Shown piece by piece: positions 1 to 11,460 of a DNA stretch of 64,000 bases. Positions within the stretch are counted from its first letter, which is position 1. Each line of letters starts with the position of its first letter. The translations under genes and the position numbers were made by a program. The stretch is from Lama guanicoe (Eukaryota), in the NCBI GenBank assembly GCA_013239625.1, contig MU056550.1, positions 868,001 to 932,000 of the forward strand. Direction: 5' to 3'. The notes beneath the pieces are model-generated. The model was not told the DNA's origin, ran no database searches, and was given only the letters and a program-made list of their open reading frames with translations.

Positions 1-2763
1 AGGGTGTCCCCCCCCCCATTGCATTGACTTCGCCTGTGGGGGGGGCATTGATTGGGGTTCTCCCTTTCTAGCCTTGGTCATTCATTCAGTTTCATCTCTG
101 ATGGGGCATTGATTGGGGTTCTCGCCTTCTGGACTGATGGGGCATTGACTGGGAGTCACTCTTTTGGGGGCTAGGGAACTGTGACCCTGAGAGACTGTTT
201 TGAATTGTTGTTTGCTTGATATTTGATAACATCAGCTGTGAGTAATTAAGTGTGGGTTATCGGAGTTCTGTTCCATCTTATTGTCTCCCTAGGGTATATT
301 TTGCAAAACTGGGAGATCTTCAGCTACGCTCCCATAAATGAAAGAAACTGATATTTTGTATTGTACTCCCTGAGGTCTGGAGAACAATGATCCCTAAATT
401 ACTCTATTATTGTATCAAAGTGGGCCTTTTGCAATTACTTCGGCTTTTATCTTGGTGGGGGGAGGTGAGTATCTCAGTACCTGTGTCCAAATCTTGTTCT
501 CTCTTCCTGGTTTTGCTGAAAGTGAGGTATGTGAATATGAGCAAATTATACTCATACACAGACACACACACAAACACACACACACACACATTATTGCCTA
601 TTACTGTTATTTCTTTAAGCTGAAGTGGATATTTCAGAACTAGGGGGGAAAAGAATCATGGAAAACCCCAAGATAGTTGGGTTTTGTAAAAGCAGTTAGA
701 GGAAGAACATGCATTTCTCTTTCTGGTGAGATGAAATGTAAATGACCTACCTGGGCTCTCAGGGAAAAAACGAACAACAGGTTTTGTCAAAAACTCAAGT
801 GGAAAAACTGAGATCTCTGGTTCTGTCTTTATACAAAAATTAACTTGTAGATGAGCTCTATTTAATTGACTTTAAAGTAAGTACTTACAAATTAAATATT
901 TCTAAGTATAGGAAAAGTTAGACAGAATGGGTTTTGGGTTCATGTGATCTCAGAGATATTCAATATTGAATTGATATCTGATATTAAAGCTAGATTCAGC
1001 TTGTTGGTATAATCAATACAGACATTTCTTTTACTGTAGGTTTACTGAAGGTCAATAAGTTCATGCTTCTGTCACAGAGTTTGTCAGCAGAAAGAAAAAA
1101 ATTAACTTGATATGATGAAATTCTTATATATGAATTGAATGCAGGTGGGTGAGCTCTTTGGAAATGATTATGGTTTGAGAATGTCTACTTAAAAGTGATT
1201 CCCTAGGTATTTGGTGACTTGAAAATCTGGAGTTGTGCTGGACTGGGTTAAATAATGGAGGTTTATTGAATAGTTGAGTAGCTTGTGGGTCATTCCCTAA
1301 TGAATTAAGATATTGAAACATCATTGGAAGTTAAGATTTTGCGGAATTGAGGATTCTAGTTTGAATGTGTGATTGAAGCTAAAAACAATGGGGAAAACAT
1401 TTCACTATACAGTAGGAAAGTAAGATATATGTTTAGAGTTAAAAAAAGGGGGGGGTATGAGGAAGGGAAGAGAAAGTGATTAAGTCCTAAAGCTGATTGT
1501 TTCTAGATAGAAAAAAAATAATAATAAGGGACACAACTGATATGGATACAGAAATTTGTGGAACGCTTGTAGAAAGGAAGTCCTAAAAAAGGAGTTCTGC
1601 GCATGGTTGGGCTGAGATTAAACTTGATTAGGTAAATGGATTTTTGTTTAGAAGTAGGCTGGTGCAGGACTAGATCTGGTTCCTCTCTGTTAAGAGAACA
1701 AGTTTATTTAGAATACTTCTGATAACAGATTGTGGCAAATTTTTTATATTTTTTAAAAGCTTCCTATCAAATTCTAATTGAAGTTCTTTTGATTTCAGCT
1801 AACTTTGGGCTACTTCAGAGGGCCCCTGAGACTTCTCAGAGAAAAATATTAAACTAACTAGGATTGGTTGGTGTGTTAAATTACATGGCATTGTCGAATG
1901 AGTGATAAACCTCCTCAGATTATATGGTGTGGGTAAATGTTGTTAATATATACATTCTAGAAATTATACGAAGTTTCTGAAATTTGGATATATCCTGGTA
2001 TAATGCTGTCAGTCCTGATTCTAGTTATCTTGGGATGTTGTAGGTCACAGCAACTTGATTAAGCTTCTTTGTCAAAAACATTATAATCAGACCTTTTACC
2101 TTGCCTTTTGCGGTCTTTTGTCATTCGTGGACAGTTAAGCTGGTATTTTTCAGAACTGCTTCATCTTCAGGAAGATTCATAGAAAGGACTTTTTGACAAG
2201 TACAGGTTTCTTTTCAATCATACTGCTTGGCTGGGTAAGATATTTAAGAAGTCTACTGAAAACCTGATTCATGAAACTGTTGGTAAGGGGGACGGACTGC
2301 ATGGGGTTGAGTGAACTGATGAATGTGGTTATAATTCTTTGATTGTCTGAAGTATTGCTGGCTTTTAATCTGTTTTCTAATTGAACTGTTTACCAAATGT
2401 TTGTCTCCCTATCAATATTGCCCTCAGTGTTTAGGGTAGAAAGGGAATTCCCCAATGGAGTTGGCACAGAATATAATAATGCTTTCTTTAAGTCTATTGC
2501 TAAACGCACATGTATGATGCTTGGGTAACAACTGGGTATAAGTGATAAAGTGTATAGCCTGTGAAGTGTTTCCTTATTAACATATCTCTGAGCCTGTTTC
2601 TAATTACTTTTCCCCCAACATATATAACTAGGCAAATATAAAGGAGGCCTGGCACTGAGGGACGTGATCTGAACCTGGACAGGAGCCACCACCCCAGCAT
2701 CAAGGGACCGATATTTCGATCATCAATGCTTTCTATTGAAAGATTCAGAATCAAAAGGGGAAA
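1..2763 (+). mobile_element. Degenerate class I (ERV1-like) endogenous retrovirus internal region: leader repeats, gag matrix remnant, AT-rich non-coding body, polypurine tract
   Basis: Three leader repeats GGGGCATTGA(T/C)TGGG (42-153). About 250-520 encodes a broken gag-MA-like peptide (SPLGYILQNWEIF...GEQ*). The region ends in a PPT-like ATCAAAAGGGGAAA at ~2750-2763. No recognisable pol. Family assigned by pattern recognition, not by database search. Confidence 0.65.
557..590. repeat. Imperfect (CA)n microsatellite
   Basis: cacagacacacacacaaacacacacacacacaca. Confidence 0.9.
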
Positions 2764-3122
2764 TAATGGGAAAATCTGCACCTATTGAAGTACGGGGAAG
2801 TCATTCTGGCTTATGTATGGTCTGACTTAAACTTTACTGAGCAAAGCAGCCTGTTTTGTGAACTTTTGGATATGCATGTGCATTTGCTTTGGCCTTGAGG
2901 AAGGGAATGCATTTGAAAGTCAAAATGGAGCAGCTGTGGTTCAGGCATCCAAAGTAAAACTAGCTGGGCTTTGTGGCCATGATTTCAGACACATTCCTGT
3001 ATTGCTGAGAACTCGAATTTTCTGAGCTGTGTCATACTTGGGATGGCACCAGCCATCCTCAAAGCTGTGTCTGCTGGCAGATGGCAGGCAACTTATAACC
3101 TCACGGTCTCCCCTTGTAACTA
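2764..3122 (+). mobile_element. Probable 3' LTR of the ERV
   Basis: Begins immediately after the PPT; ~360 bp; ends near ...CCCTTGTAAC. Boundaries approximate. Confidence 0.45.
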
Positions 3123-3133
3123 TTAAATTTTTT

Positions 3134-3275
3134 GACAATGAACTTTCTTTAGATCAGATGTTAGTAGAAAAAAAGATGTGTAGTGGCCAATAGCTCTTGT
3201 TATATATATGTTAATACCGCATAAAAAGTTAAAACCTACTCAGGTAAAAGAGAACTGGCTACCTGGCTACAAGTA
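3134..3275 (+). pseudogene. Retroviral env transmembrane-subunit remnant (immunosuppressive domain plus CX6CC-like motif), frameshifted and with a stop
   Basis: Translates as DNELSLDQMLVEKK.C/VVANSSCYIYVNTA*KVKT...RELATWLQ, resembling the gamma-type env consensus DNRxALDYLLAExGGVCAxxNxSCCxYINxSxxVE...ATWL. Confidence 0.7.
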
Positions 3276-3287
3276 TCTTTGATGTTC

Positions 3288-3500
3288 AAAAGGTTTTGAT
3301 TTTGATGTCAAGCTTAGCTGTTTTTTCCCTTTGTTCCTTATGTTTTTGGTGTCATCTTTAAGAAACTGTTTATTAGTTCAAGATCACAAAGATTTAAGCC
3401 TGTGTTTTCTTCTAAAAGTTCTATAGTTCTAAACCTTATTAGCTCTTTGATCCGTTTTGAGTTCATTTGTATACATGGTGTGAGCTAGAGGTTCAATTTC
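3288..3500 (-). mobile_element. L1 ORF2 3' fragment
   Basis: Antisense L1 motifs (tgtgttttcttctaaaagttctatagtt...tttgagttcatttgtatacatggtgtgag) that parallel the L1 at 62300-62400. Confidence 0.7.
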
Positions 3501-3501
3501 A

Positions 3502-4110
3502 ATGACCAATGGCTAATCATTGATATAATAAAGCTTCCTTAAAACTGAAAAGGAAGGGGTTTGGAAAGCTTCCAGGTTGGGGAACCAGAACGCTTACATG
3601 TGCCACCACACCAGACCCAAATTCCATGGGGACAAAAACTTTGTTCAGGACCTCACCCTATGGCTCTTCATCTGGTTCTTGATTCATATATCCTTTACAA
3701 TAAACTGGTAATCTGGTGAGTAAATGGGTTTCCTGAGTTCTGTGAGCTGCTCTAGAAAATTAATGGAACCAAAGGAGGGGATTATGGGAACCTCTGATTT
3801 GTAGCCAATAGGTCAGAAGCACAGGTAACCTAGGCTTCTGACTGGCATGTGATGTGGAGGACAGGGCTCAGTGGTAGAGCATGTGCTTAGCATGCACAAG
3901 GTCCTGGGTTCAATTCCCAGTACCTCCATTTAAAAAAATTAAAATGAAGTGGGCAGTCTTGTGGGACTGAGCCCTTAATCTGTGGAATCTGATGCTGTAT
4001 CTGGGTAGTGTCAGAATTGAGTTGAATTGGAGGACACCAAACTGGTGTTCAAAAATTGCTTGATGGTATGTGGAAATGCCCTCCCTTCCCCCCACATTAG
4101 AATTGAGTGC
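3502..4110 (+). mobile_element. MER21-like LTR interrupted by a SINE
   Basis: Hallmark segments tcctttacaataaactggtaa, ctgagttctgtgagctgctctag, ggcagtcttgtgggactgagcccttaa and gtgtcagaattgagttgaattggaggacacc. Confidence 0.75.
3858..3945 (+). mobile_element. tRNA-Ala(AGC)-derived SINE (camelid Vic-1-like)
   Basis: GCTCAGTGGTAGAGCATGTGCTTAGCATGCACAAGGTCCTGGGTTCAATTCCCAGTACCTCCA followed by an A-rich tail, with near-TSD tgatgtgg/tgaagtgg. Confidence 0.85.
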
Positions 4111-4797
4111 AGAACCTTGTACGTAGCACTTTCTTGTAATTCTTTTTATTTCTGTAAGGTTGGTAGTAATGTCCACTCTTTACTTTCTAATACCATCCCA
4201 AACTGTCTCCCTAATTGGCTGCCTGTCAATGTAGCAGCAAAATGGGAAAAGTTTAGTTGGGGGTATACAGATGGGACCAGGCATGACAATAAGGGAGAAT
4301 AAAAATAAATACAAGGGAAAGCCTGGGAGCTGGCATCTAGGGAAGCTGAAGGTTTGATATTACAAAACCATAGGCTCTAATGTAGAGGGAAGTAGGAAAT
4401 AGTGTGAGACTGATGGTGAGTGGGAGATGAAGCAGTAAGCAGAGTGGGTAACTAAGTGTTTGTTACCCTGATTGATTTCTGAATCTTTGAGGGGGGAACT
4501 TAATTATTAGAAGATAATGGGGCCAAGTATATTAATTTGTTCCTGCAGAGACAGAACTATGACAAGCAGTCACAGTATTACTATCCAACAGTGATTAAGT
4601 GCTTACTCAACATGAAATGGATCCCTGAGTCCTAAATATTGTGGACTTCACCCTTCTATACATTCATGTCCATATTTTAACTGTATTCAGACAAACCATA
4701 TTATTGCATTTATAATGAAGCCAACCAGATCTCAGCTGTTGTTTCCTTAACAAGATATTCCTAAGGATGTTGGCTGCTAAATATTCTAATTTCACTA

Positions 4798-5228
4798 AGT
4801 ATACTAGTTTTCTGCNNNNNNNNNNNNNNNNNNNNNNNNNNNNNNNNNNNNNNNNNNNNNNNNNNNNNNNNNNNNNNNNNNNNNNNNNNNNNNNNNNNNN
4901 NNNNNNNNNNNNNNNNNNNNNNNNNNNNNNNNNNNNNNNNNNNNNNNNNNNNNNCTTCCAGCTCCTGGTGGCTCATGGCATTGAGTTGTGGCTGCATCAC
5001 TCCAACCTCCCTCTGTGGTCACAAGATCGCCTCCTCATCCGTCTCAGATCTCCCTCTACAAAGTCACTTGGCATTGGGCTTAGGGCCTACTCAGATAATT
5101 CAGGATGATCTCATCTCCAGATCCTTAACGTAATCATACCCACAAAGACCATTTTTCCAAATAAGGTACAATCACAGGTTCCAGGAACCAGGCACAGACA
5201 TACCATTCCGCCATGCAATCCAATACAC
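4798..5228 (-). mobile_element. MaLR LTR (MLT1-type), partly in an N gap
   Basis: cttccagctcctggtggc...gggcttagggcctactcagataattcaggatgatctcatctc...tttccaaataaggtacaatcacaggttccagg. Confidence 0.7.
4816..4954. other. N gap (139 nt)
   Basis: Run of N inside the MLT1 LTR. Confidence 0.99.
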
Positions 5229-6502
5229 TAAGAGATTTTAAATAAGCTCCATATGTGTAAAAGAATTTTTAAATTTAAAAAAAAATCAATCATTTGGGTA
5301 GAAAGTCATCCTAAGAAGAAGGCATACTGTGACAGTATATACAGCAGAAAATCACAAATCAAAGCTTTTAAAACATATATAATGTACAGGATTGGAAAAA
5401 AGGACTCTTTGACAAGAAATACATTCCAGGTAAACATAGGCTTCCTAAACTGATGAATATTTAATTGCAAATAATAACACCTTAAGTTACACTTCTATGT
5501 GAAGGATAAACTCTAAATCCTGTTCTTCAGGAAGACATGGAAGGCAAGTAATACCTTAAGAGCAACTGCTGTCGTTTCTCCCCTCTCCTTGGGTGATCTA
5601 ACATTTTACATGGATTAGTTACAAAAGGAAAAATTAGACTCCACTGAATTTAAGCACAAGACACGTCTAAAATTTATCATTCAGAGTACTAAATATTTGA
5701 TGCTTATGAGTGTGAATAAATAAGTTAATTAAATATTAGATACAAGACAGATTCCAAAACTAACTGAAGCATTTTTTTTAAAGGTATAACTACCTAACAG
5801 TTAGTTAACATAAATTTTGATACTGAGTGTTGTCCAGGCTTCCTGTTCTAGGCCAGTGAGATCTGCTTCTTTTTCGTCCAGGGTCTTCCACTGCTAGGCC
5901 CCAAGACAGTAAACTGTTTACCACCACCAAGGCCTTGGACATGGAAAGGATTTATTTTAGAAACAAAAACTTCTTTCTTCTTTCTAAAGATCATGGTTGT
6001 TTTTATTTTCTGCTACTTGCTTCCTTCAGCTAGTTATTAACTTCCTCACGTGAGAAAAGTTACTGGGCAAGAACAAAAAGTCTGTGTTGGCTGTCCCAAA
6101 GGGTGGTGGCTGGTTAATAAAGATGATGCCCATTTAACCTTTTAGTTATTTGCTCTCATCCAAAGAGTAAGTCAAAAGGATTAAGGTTTCAAAGGACTCA
6201 CGACCAAGGTACAAGTTTTACAATATCTTTGAAAGTCCAGGGAAAGCTTTACTTCTTTAGTCATGCCCCCAAAATGAGTCATTGAACCAAGAATCCCTTC
6301 CCACCTGTTAGAGGCCTATCAGTTCAGGACAGTGCATGGATGCTTGAAGAGAGTGGACCAAAAAAAGGGGAAGATGTGGAAACTGAGAAAGAGGAAACAA
6401 AGAAAACTCCCCAAAATACACAGTTCACTAGGCTAAGAAAAGTCATTGACATAAATCCCTTACCATTCTACCTTCTGACAGGCCCCTTTTACTATTTAGA
6501 AG

Positions 6503-7123
6503 TTAAGATAGTTTCAGTCTTTTGCTTTCCTTTTCCACATTGTCTCTAATATTCTGTAGTTTTCTGGAGTTCTGGACCAGGAACACCAAGCTCTCCCTAA
6601 AATCGCTAGTCCCCTGGTCTCTGCCAACATTCTCAAGCTCATCAAACAAAGACAATGTCTGTTTGAGTTTGGCCTGAACAATTTTTTGCTCTTCTAATTC
6701 TGCAAGAAGGGCCTGCTTAGTGCATAATTCAGTCTTATACTTCTCCTGTAACTGTTCAATTTCCTTTTGGAGAAGCTGGAATTCTTCCTCACTATAAGGA
6801 TGCATCTCCTGAGATTTATCTTCTGGAAGCAAGACATTTGGGGGAATACGCAAAATCAACTGTAAAAACAGCTGCTCCATTTTGCCAAAAAGGGTATCAA
6901 AACGTCCTTTCATGAAGCAAAGAAACTTTTCCGTGCATTTACGAATCTGGACTGGGCTAATCGCACAGTCTGGGATGCCATCCAGCTTCTTCAGAATAAC
7001 CTGTTCAACCGCCTGCATCACTTCAAAGAGGTAGTCCTGAAAGGCGATGTAGATCCTGAGCATGCAAGTTTGTGGTGTGAAGCCAAAGAACTGGGCCTCA
7101 TAGGTCATTGGATCAACAGACAT
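6503..7123 (-). CDS. MIS12: MIS12 kinetochore complex component, single coding exon, 206 aa
   Basis: Intact [39 protein letters not shown]...ESKRLKLS. Splice acceptor (ttacatttgcag) 40 nt upstream, so the exon starts at 7163. Minus-strand AATAAA at 5951-5956 and 6002-6007. Confidence 0.97.
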   Translation of the reverse strand: MSVDPMTYEAQFFGFTPQTCMLRIYIAFQDYLFEVMQAVEQVILKKLDGIPDCAISPVQIRKCTEKFLCFMKGRFDTLFGKMEQLFLQLILRIPPNVLLPEDKSQEMHPYSEEEFQLLQKEIEQLQEKYKTELCTKQALLAELEEQKIVQAKLKQTLSLFDELENVGRDQGTSDFRESLVFLVQNSRKLQNIRDNVEKESKRLKLS

Positions 7124-7389
7124 CTTGGCTTATTTTGCTTTGTTAATTTTGACTGTGAAAAATCTGCAAATGTAAAAAGAAAAAATTTCATTTGTGTTAA
7201 AAAAAATCATTTGATGAAAGGAACAAATCACACTGCAGATGGCAAAAGAAACAAAAACAAAACAAAGAAGAAAACAAAAAATAAGGGTTTTATTGAAACC
7301 CGGTGCTACTACCAGCCGCACTCATCCACAACTGGATACAAACCAATTGCCTCTCTGAGGTTCTTTCCATCAGCATAGAGGTTATAGAA

Positions 7390-7900
7390 TCTCTCCTTCT
7401 TCGCCCTCATTGTCCATTTCCCTCACCTCTCATTTACTGAGGATTCTGGCCTATGGCTCAGCCTTCTGAATTCTGTTATCATCCAGGACAATTTTCAAGC
7501 TTAGATGGATGATTTAACCAATGCCCTGGGGACTCAGTTTCTTGAGTTTCAGTGACCTTCATCTGCACTCTTTTACCACCTGGCTGTTGATACCTGTATC
7601 TTCTCTCCCCTGCTGCTCCTACTTTTTGACCACAACCTCATATGCTATTCTTCCAACACTCATTCACAGACTCTTAACTATACCTTAATCTTCAAGACTT
7701 TCAGCCCTCTGATGCTCTCTCTCTAGCTCTCAGTCTCTCCCACTTTGCTTCTTCCTCCCATCCATTTCAGGCTCTATGATCCATCACTTCAAAAACTCCC
7801 TTGCCAATGTCCTCAGCTCCCTTGTCCTTCCAACCCAGCCATCTTAAAAAGATCCCATTGGAAGCTGAGCAACAACCCTGACGTTTTCTCCAGGGTCTGG
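7390..7900 (+). mobile_element. Ancient L2-like fragment in the MIS12 intron
   Basis: Pyrimidine-rich, L2-like ORF2 remnant composition; boundaries approximate. Confidence 0.4.
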
Positions 7901-8647
7901 GAGTCATTCCTTTCAAATGTAAACATCTAGGAAAATAGCACTCCAACCTCCCTGTCACTGGGGAGTTAAACCTAGGGAACTTTTCCTGAGCTGTAAGCAT
8001 ACACTTAGCACAGAAATAGGAGAAGTTTCACTATTCCTGCAGACAAAGTAATTTGCTAAAACAAATGGCTACCTCCATTATCAGATAAATTTAGGTTGAA
8101 CCTTATGAAAAAATTTGAAGCAAGTGGTGCAGTCAAATCTTTTTACGCATCAAGATGCTGTTAATCTTGAAAATTTATGCAATGGCTAAAAACAGAATGG
8201 TTATAATGGCTTAGCTGTATAAATAGGGTAGAATTTCTGTCTGTCTTTGTAATCTCATTCACAAATTACCTACAATGCATTATAATCTGAATATGCTTAT
8301 TCAGTAATAAAACTGCTTTCTTTTCTATGTCTTGTGGAGAGGACTCTGTGGAGCAACAGGATTTTAATATCCCTATGTCTTCAGCATCAATTTCAAACTC
8401 TTTCATATGGCTTACAAGGACCTTCATCATCTGACCTTTCTTAACCACTCTGTTCTTTTTTAAGGACCTTACATGTTCATAATTGAAGTGATAACACTTC
8501 CTATTTCATGGCACTCTATTTTTGATCCATGCTAGGTCCTCTCTTACTTATTTTATTCTTTCATCTCCCACAGGAACCGACTGCAGTGTCTTAATGCATG
8601 CCTTTTTAATTCATCTTTAATTTTATCTTTAACAGGTTTTAGATATA

Positions 8648-8864
8648 CAGCTGATCTTTGAATAACATGGGTCTGAACTGCACAGGTCCACTTATAATGC
8701 AGCTTTCTTTCAAGAGTAAATACTAAAGTACAACATAATCCCGGTTGGTTGAAGCCGTGAATGTAGAACCACATATATGGAGAGCCAACTCTAAATTATA
8801 TAAGGATGTTCAACTGCTTGGTGGATTGGCACCCCTAATCCCCACACTGTTCAAGGGTCAACTG
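8648..8864. mobile_element. Tigger2-derived MITE (MER28/Tigger2a-like)
   Basis: Terminal inverted repeats CAGCTGATCTTTGAATAAC / GTTCAAGGGTCAACTG, flanked by TA target duplications at 8646-8647 and 8865-8866. Confidence 0.85.
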
Positions 8865-10279
8865 TATAGTCTTGAAAGAAATATAGTTTTGTGCATGAAT
8901 GGTTTACATATTTCTTTACACGTTTGCAATTGATTCATGTTATTACACTTCAGTGTTATACTTCATTGTCTCTGACTAAAGTATTCCATTAATACACCAT
9001 ATTTGATGTGCCTATTCTCCTTGTGACAGACACTCAGTTTCCTTTTTCAGCACTTTGCTCCCAGAAATAATGTAATGGACACTTTTCAATTACATCTCCT
9101 CAAGGACTTGCAGGGTATTTACACAGACAGTAGTTGCTGGGCCATACAATTTATGCATACATAATTTCACTAAATACTGCCAAAATGTTCTCCAAGACAT
9201 AGTAGGGCTGGGGTTGGGGGGTACGGCTAGGCTGGTTTACCCTCCCACTTGCAGTATATCAGAATTTCTTTTTCATGTTTTTGCCTTCACTTGGTATTAC
9301 TCAAAATTCTAATTTTTGCAAATGTGATAGGTGCAAAATTGTTTTACCGCATATACAGGTTGGATACTGAGGACTGAACTATCAAGTCCCCTTGCCTCCC
9401 CCCACAGCTTATTGTTTACATCAGCATGACTCTACTATTCTAGGAAATCAGAATAGTATCTTCATTGTCCAAATGGCTTGATTGTTCATTATGGAACCCT
9501 CCAAAAGACTGATCAGCTCTTCAGTGGGAAGCCTCAACAATCGGTACAACTAGATTCTCTCAAACCCTTGGCTCAGCTGTTTCTACCAGTGCTGGACTGC
9601 TTTTCATGATCTCTACCCAATCCTAATCAAGCCCCCAAATTGAAAAATACACTTTAAACCAAACTTGCCATTCTTTAAAAAAAAATTCCGATCTTGCCTG
9701 TTATCCCCATGAGACACTGCCAAAGCTCTGTCGAGGTGTTCCTCCCTTATCAGGGTAAGCAAAACATGCAGCACTGTTTTACCAATAGGCTGTGAGGGTG
9801 ATATCTGAGAAATAGGCAAAAAAAAATTTAGTTTATTTCTCCGACTACCAGTAAAGGTGAGCATCACTTCATTCATATTAGTTCTTCAGAGTTCTACTGT
9901 AAATTAAGAATTCGTATCCTTAAAAAAACAAACAAAAAACCCCCACTCTCTCCAGCCTTAATTCCTTCCTTATATACTACCAGACTCGATGGCCACTCCC
10001 TATTCCAACAACCTTTAGTGCTTCCTTATAATCCACCGAATAAAGGATAATATTCTTAACTTTGCCTGCCATGATCTGACTACTCTTTGTTCCAACCAAA
10101 CCAAGCGGTATCCTTTCCCTGAGATGTCTTTCCCTCAAGAAAGGAGGCCTGGCCAAATATCTTCCAAGGGTCGGTTTCAATAAACTTCCCTGGGGCTCTC
10201 CCCTTCCCCTGAATTCCCATCAGGACCCCTCTTCGAGGACTGACCAAGTCCTACTTTAGGATATTATCATCATGGGCCT

Positions 10280-11460
10280 ATCTTCTCCGCAAGCAGGAGG
10301 AGTACGGCCTAATCCGTATTTGCACGGGAGCCTCGGGAGGCGCCCAGGGCACCTCGGCAAGCAGAGTTACCGCGGGGCAGGAACTACTTCCGGCCGGAGG
10401 GCGGGCTGCCGGCACGCCCCGCGCCCCCGCTGCATGTCGGGACCTGAGGGAAGAGGTTCGCGCCCCGCCGGCGACGCTCCTCCATCAGGCCGCTCCAGCG
10501 CCAGGCGGTGATGCCTCACCCAGTGTCACCTCTTCCCGCTCCTCTTCAGAAAAAATGCAACCCCGTGGCACTTACCCAGGCGACCATGAGGGTGACGAAT
10601 TCGACCAAACACCGGCTTCCCGCCACCTCCTTTAAACCACCGTCTGCTGCCAGAGATAGGCGGCGCCGCCAGCTCCCCAAAACTCCGACCGATATCTGCC
10701 ACAGCGAACGAGAGCAAGGGCAGGATGCCACCACGCTCCTGATTGGCTGCCTGGACTGGGGACGGGAAGGGGCCGGGCGGGAAAGCTAGCTGTGGCCGGC
10801 AGGGATTGGCGGGAGGAATTGGTACTCACTCTCTTCTCTGCTACGTTGGTGGGTGGAGAAGCGAAGCTGGGCCGCCACGGAGACGCAACTCGTAATTGGC
10901 GGGTGTTCTTTCCTTCGGGCTCTAGGGATTGGTGGATGGCCGATTGGGCGGTGCTGATTGGACAGCAGCGTCCTGGGCGGGCCCGCCCTGATCCCGCCCT
11001 GATCCCGCCCCGCCGCCGGGACTGACTGGCGGAAGGGGAAGTGGGGCGGGGAGGTGGGCAGGCGGCGGTGGGAAAGATGGCGTACCAGAGCCTCCGGTTG
11101 GAGTACCTCCAGATCCCACCGGTCAGCCGCGCCTACACCACCGCCTGCGTCCTCACCACCGCCGCTGTGGTAAGCAGCTGCAGCGCCACCCTCTCATTAA
11201 TCGGGCTGGATATGACTGGGTCCTTGGGAAACGGGTTTGGGCCTTGGGGAAGCTCAGAGGGGTTGGTCTCAAGGGTGGGTGGAGGCGAACAGGGCTCACT
11301 CTGGGGTTCGGAGTGGCCCCGGGAGTGCTTATCCAGTGACCCAAGAAGGGAGTGCTGCACCATGAGGGGTGGAGGATCAGGACAGCGGGTCAGTTTCCGA
11401 GAGATAAAGGCAGGACCCATAGCAAGTCAGGGCTGCGGGAGCCGCCCACCCAGGAAACAT
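10280..11460. promoter_or_regulatory. CpG-island bidirectional promoter of MIS12 and DERL2, including MIS12 non-coding first exon(s)
   Basis: High CpG density; seven ATTGG (CCAAT) boxes at 10742-10961; GC boxes; ERSE at 10791-10809; YY1-like AAGATGGCG over the DERL2 ATG; minus-strand donors at exon ends 10520, 10576 and 10830. Confidence 0.85.

Noticed and set aside
42-153. Repeat-spacer-like pattern resembling CRISPR
   Set aside because: Only three degenerate units with uneven spacing, in a mammalian ERV leader, with no cas genes.
9915-10116. GTATCCTT U12-donor-like motifs at ~9915 and ~10108
   Set aside because: On the strand antisense to the MIS12 intron and upstream of DERL2, with no associated exon; treated as chance.
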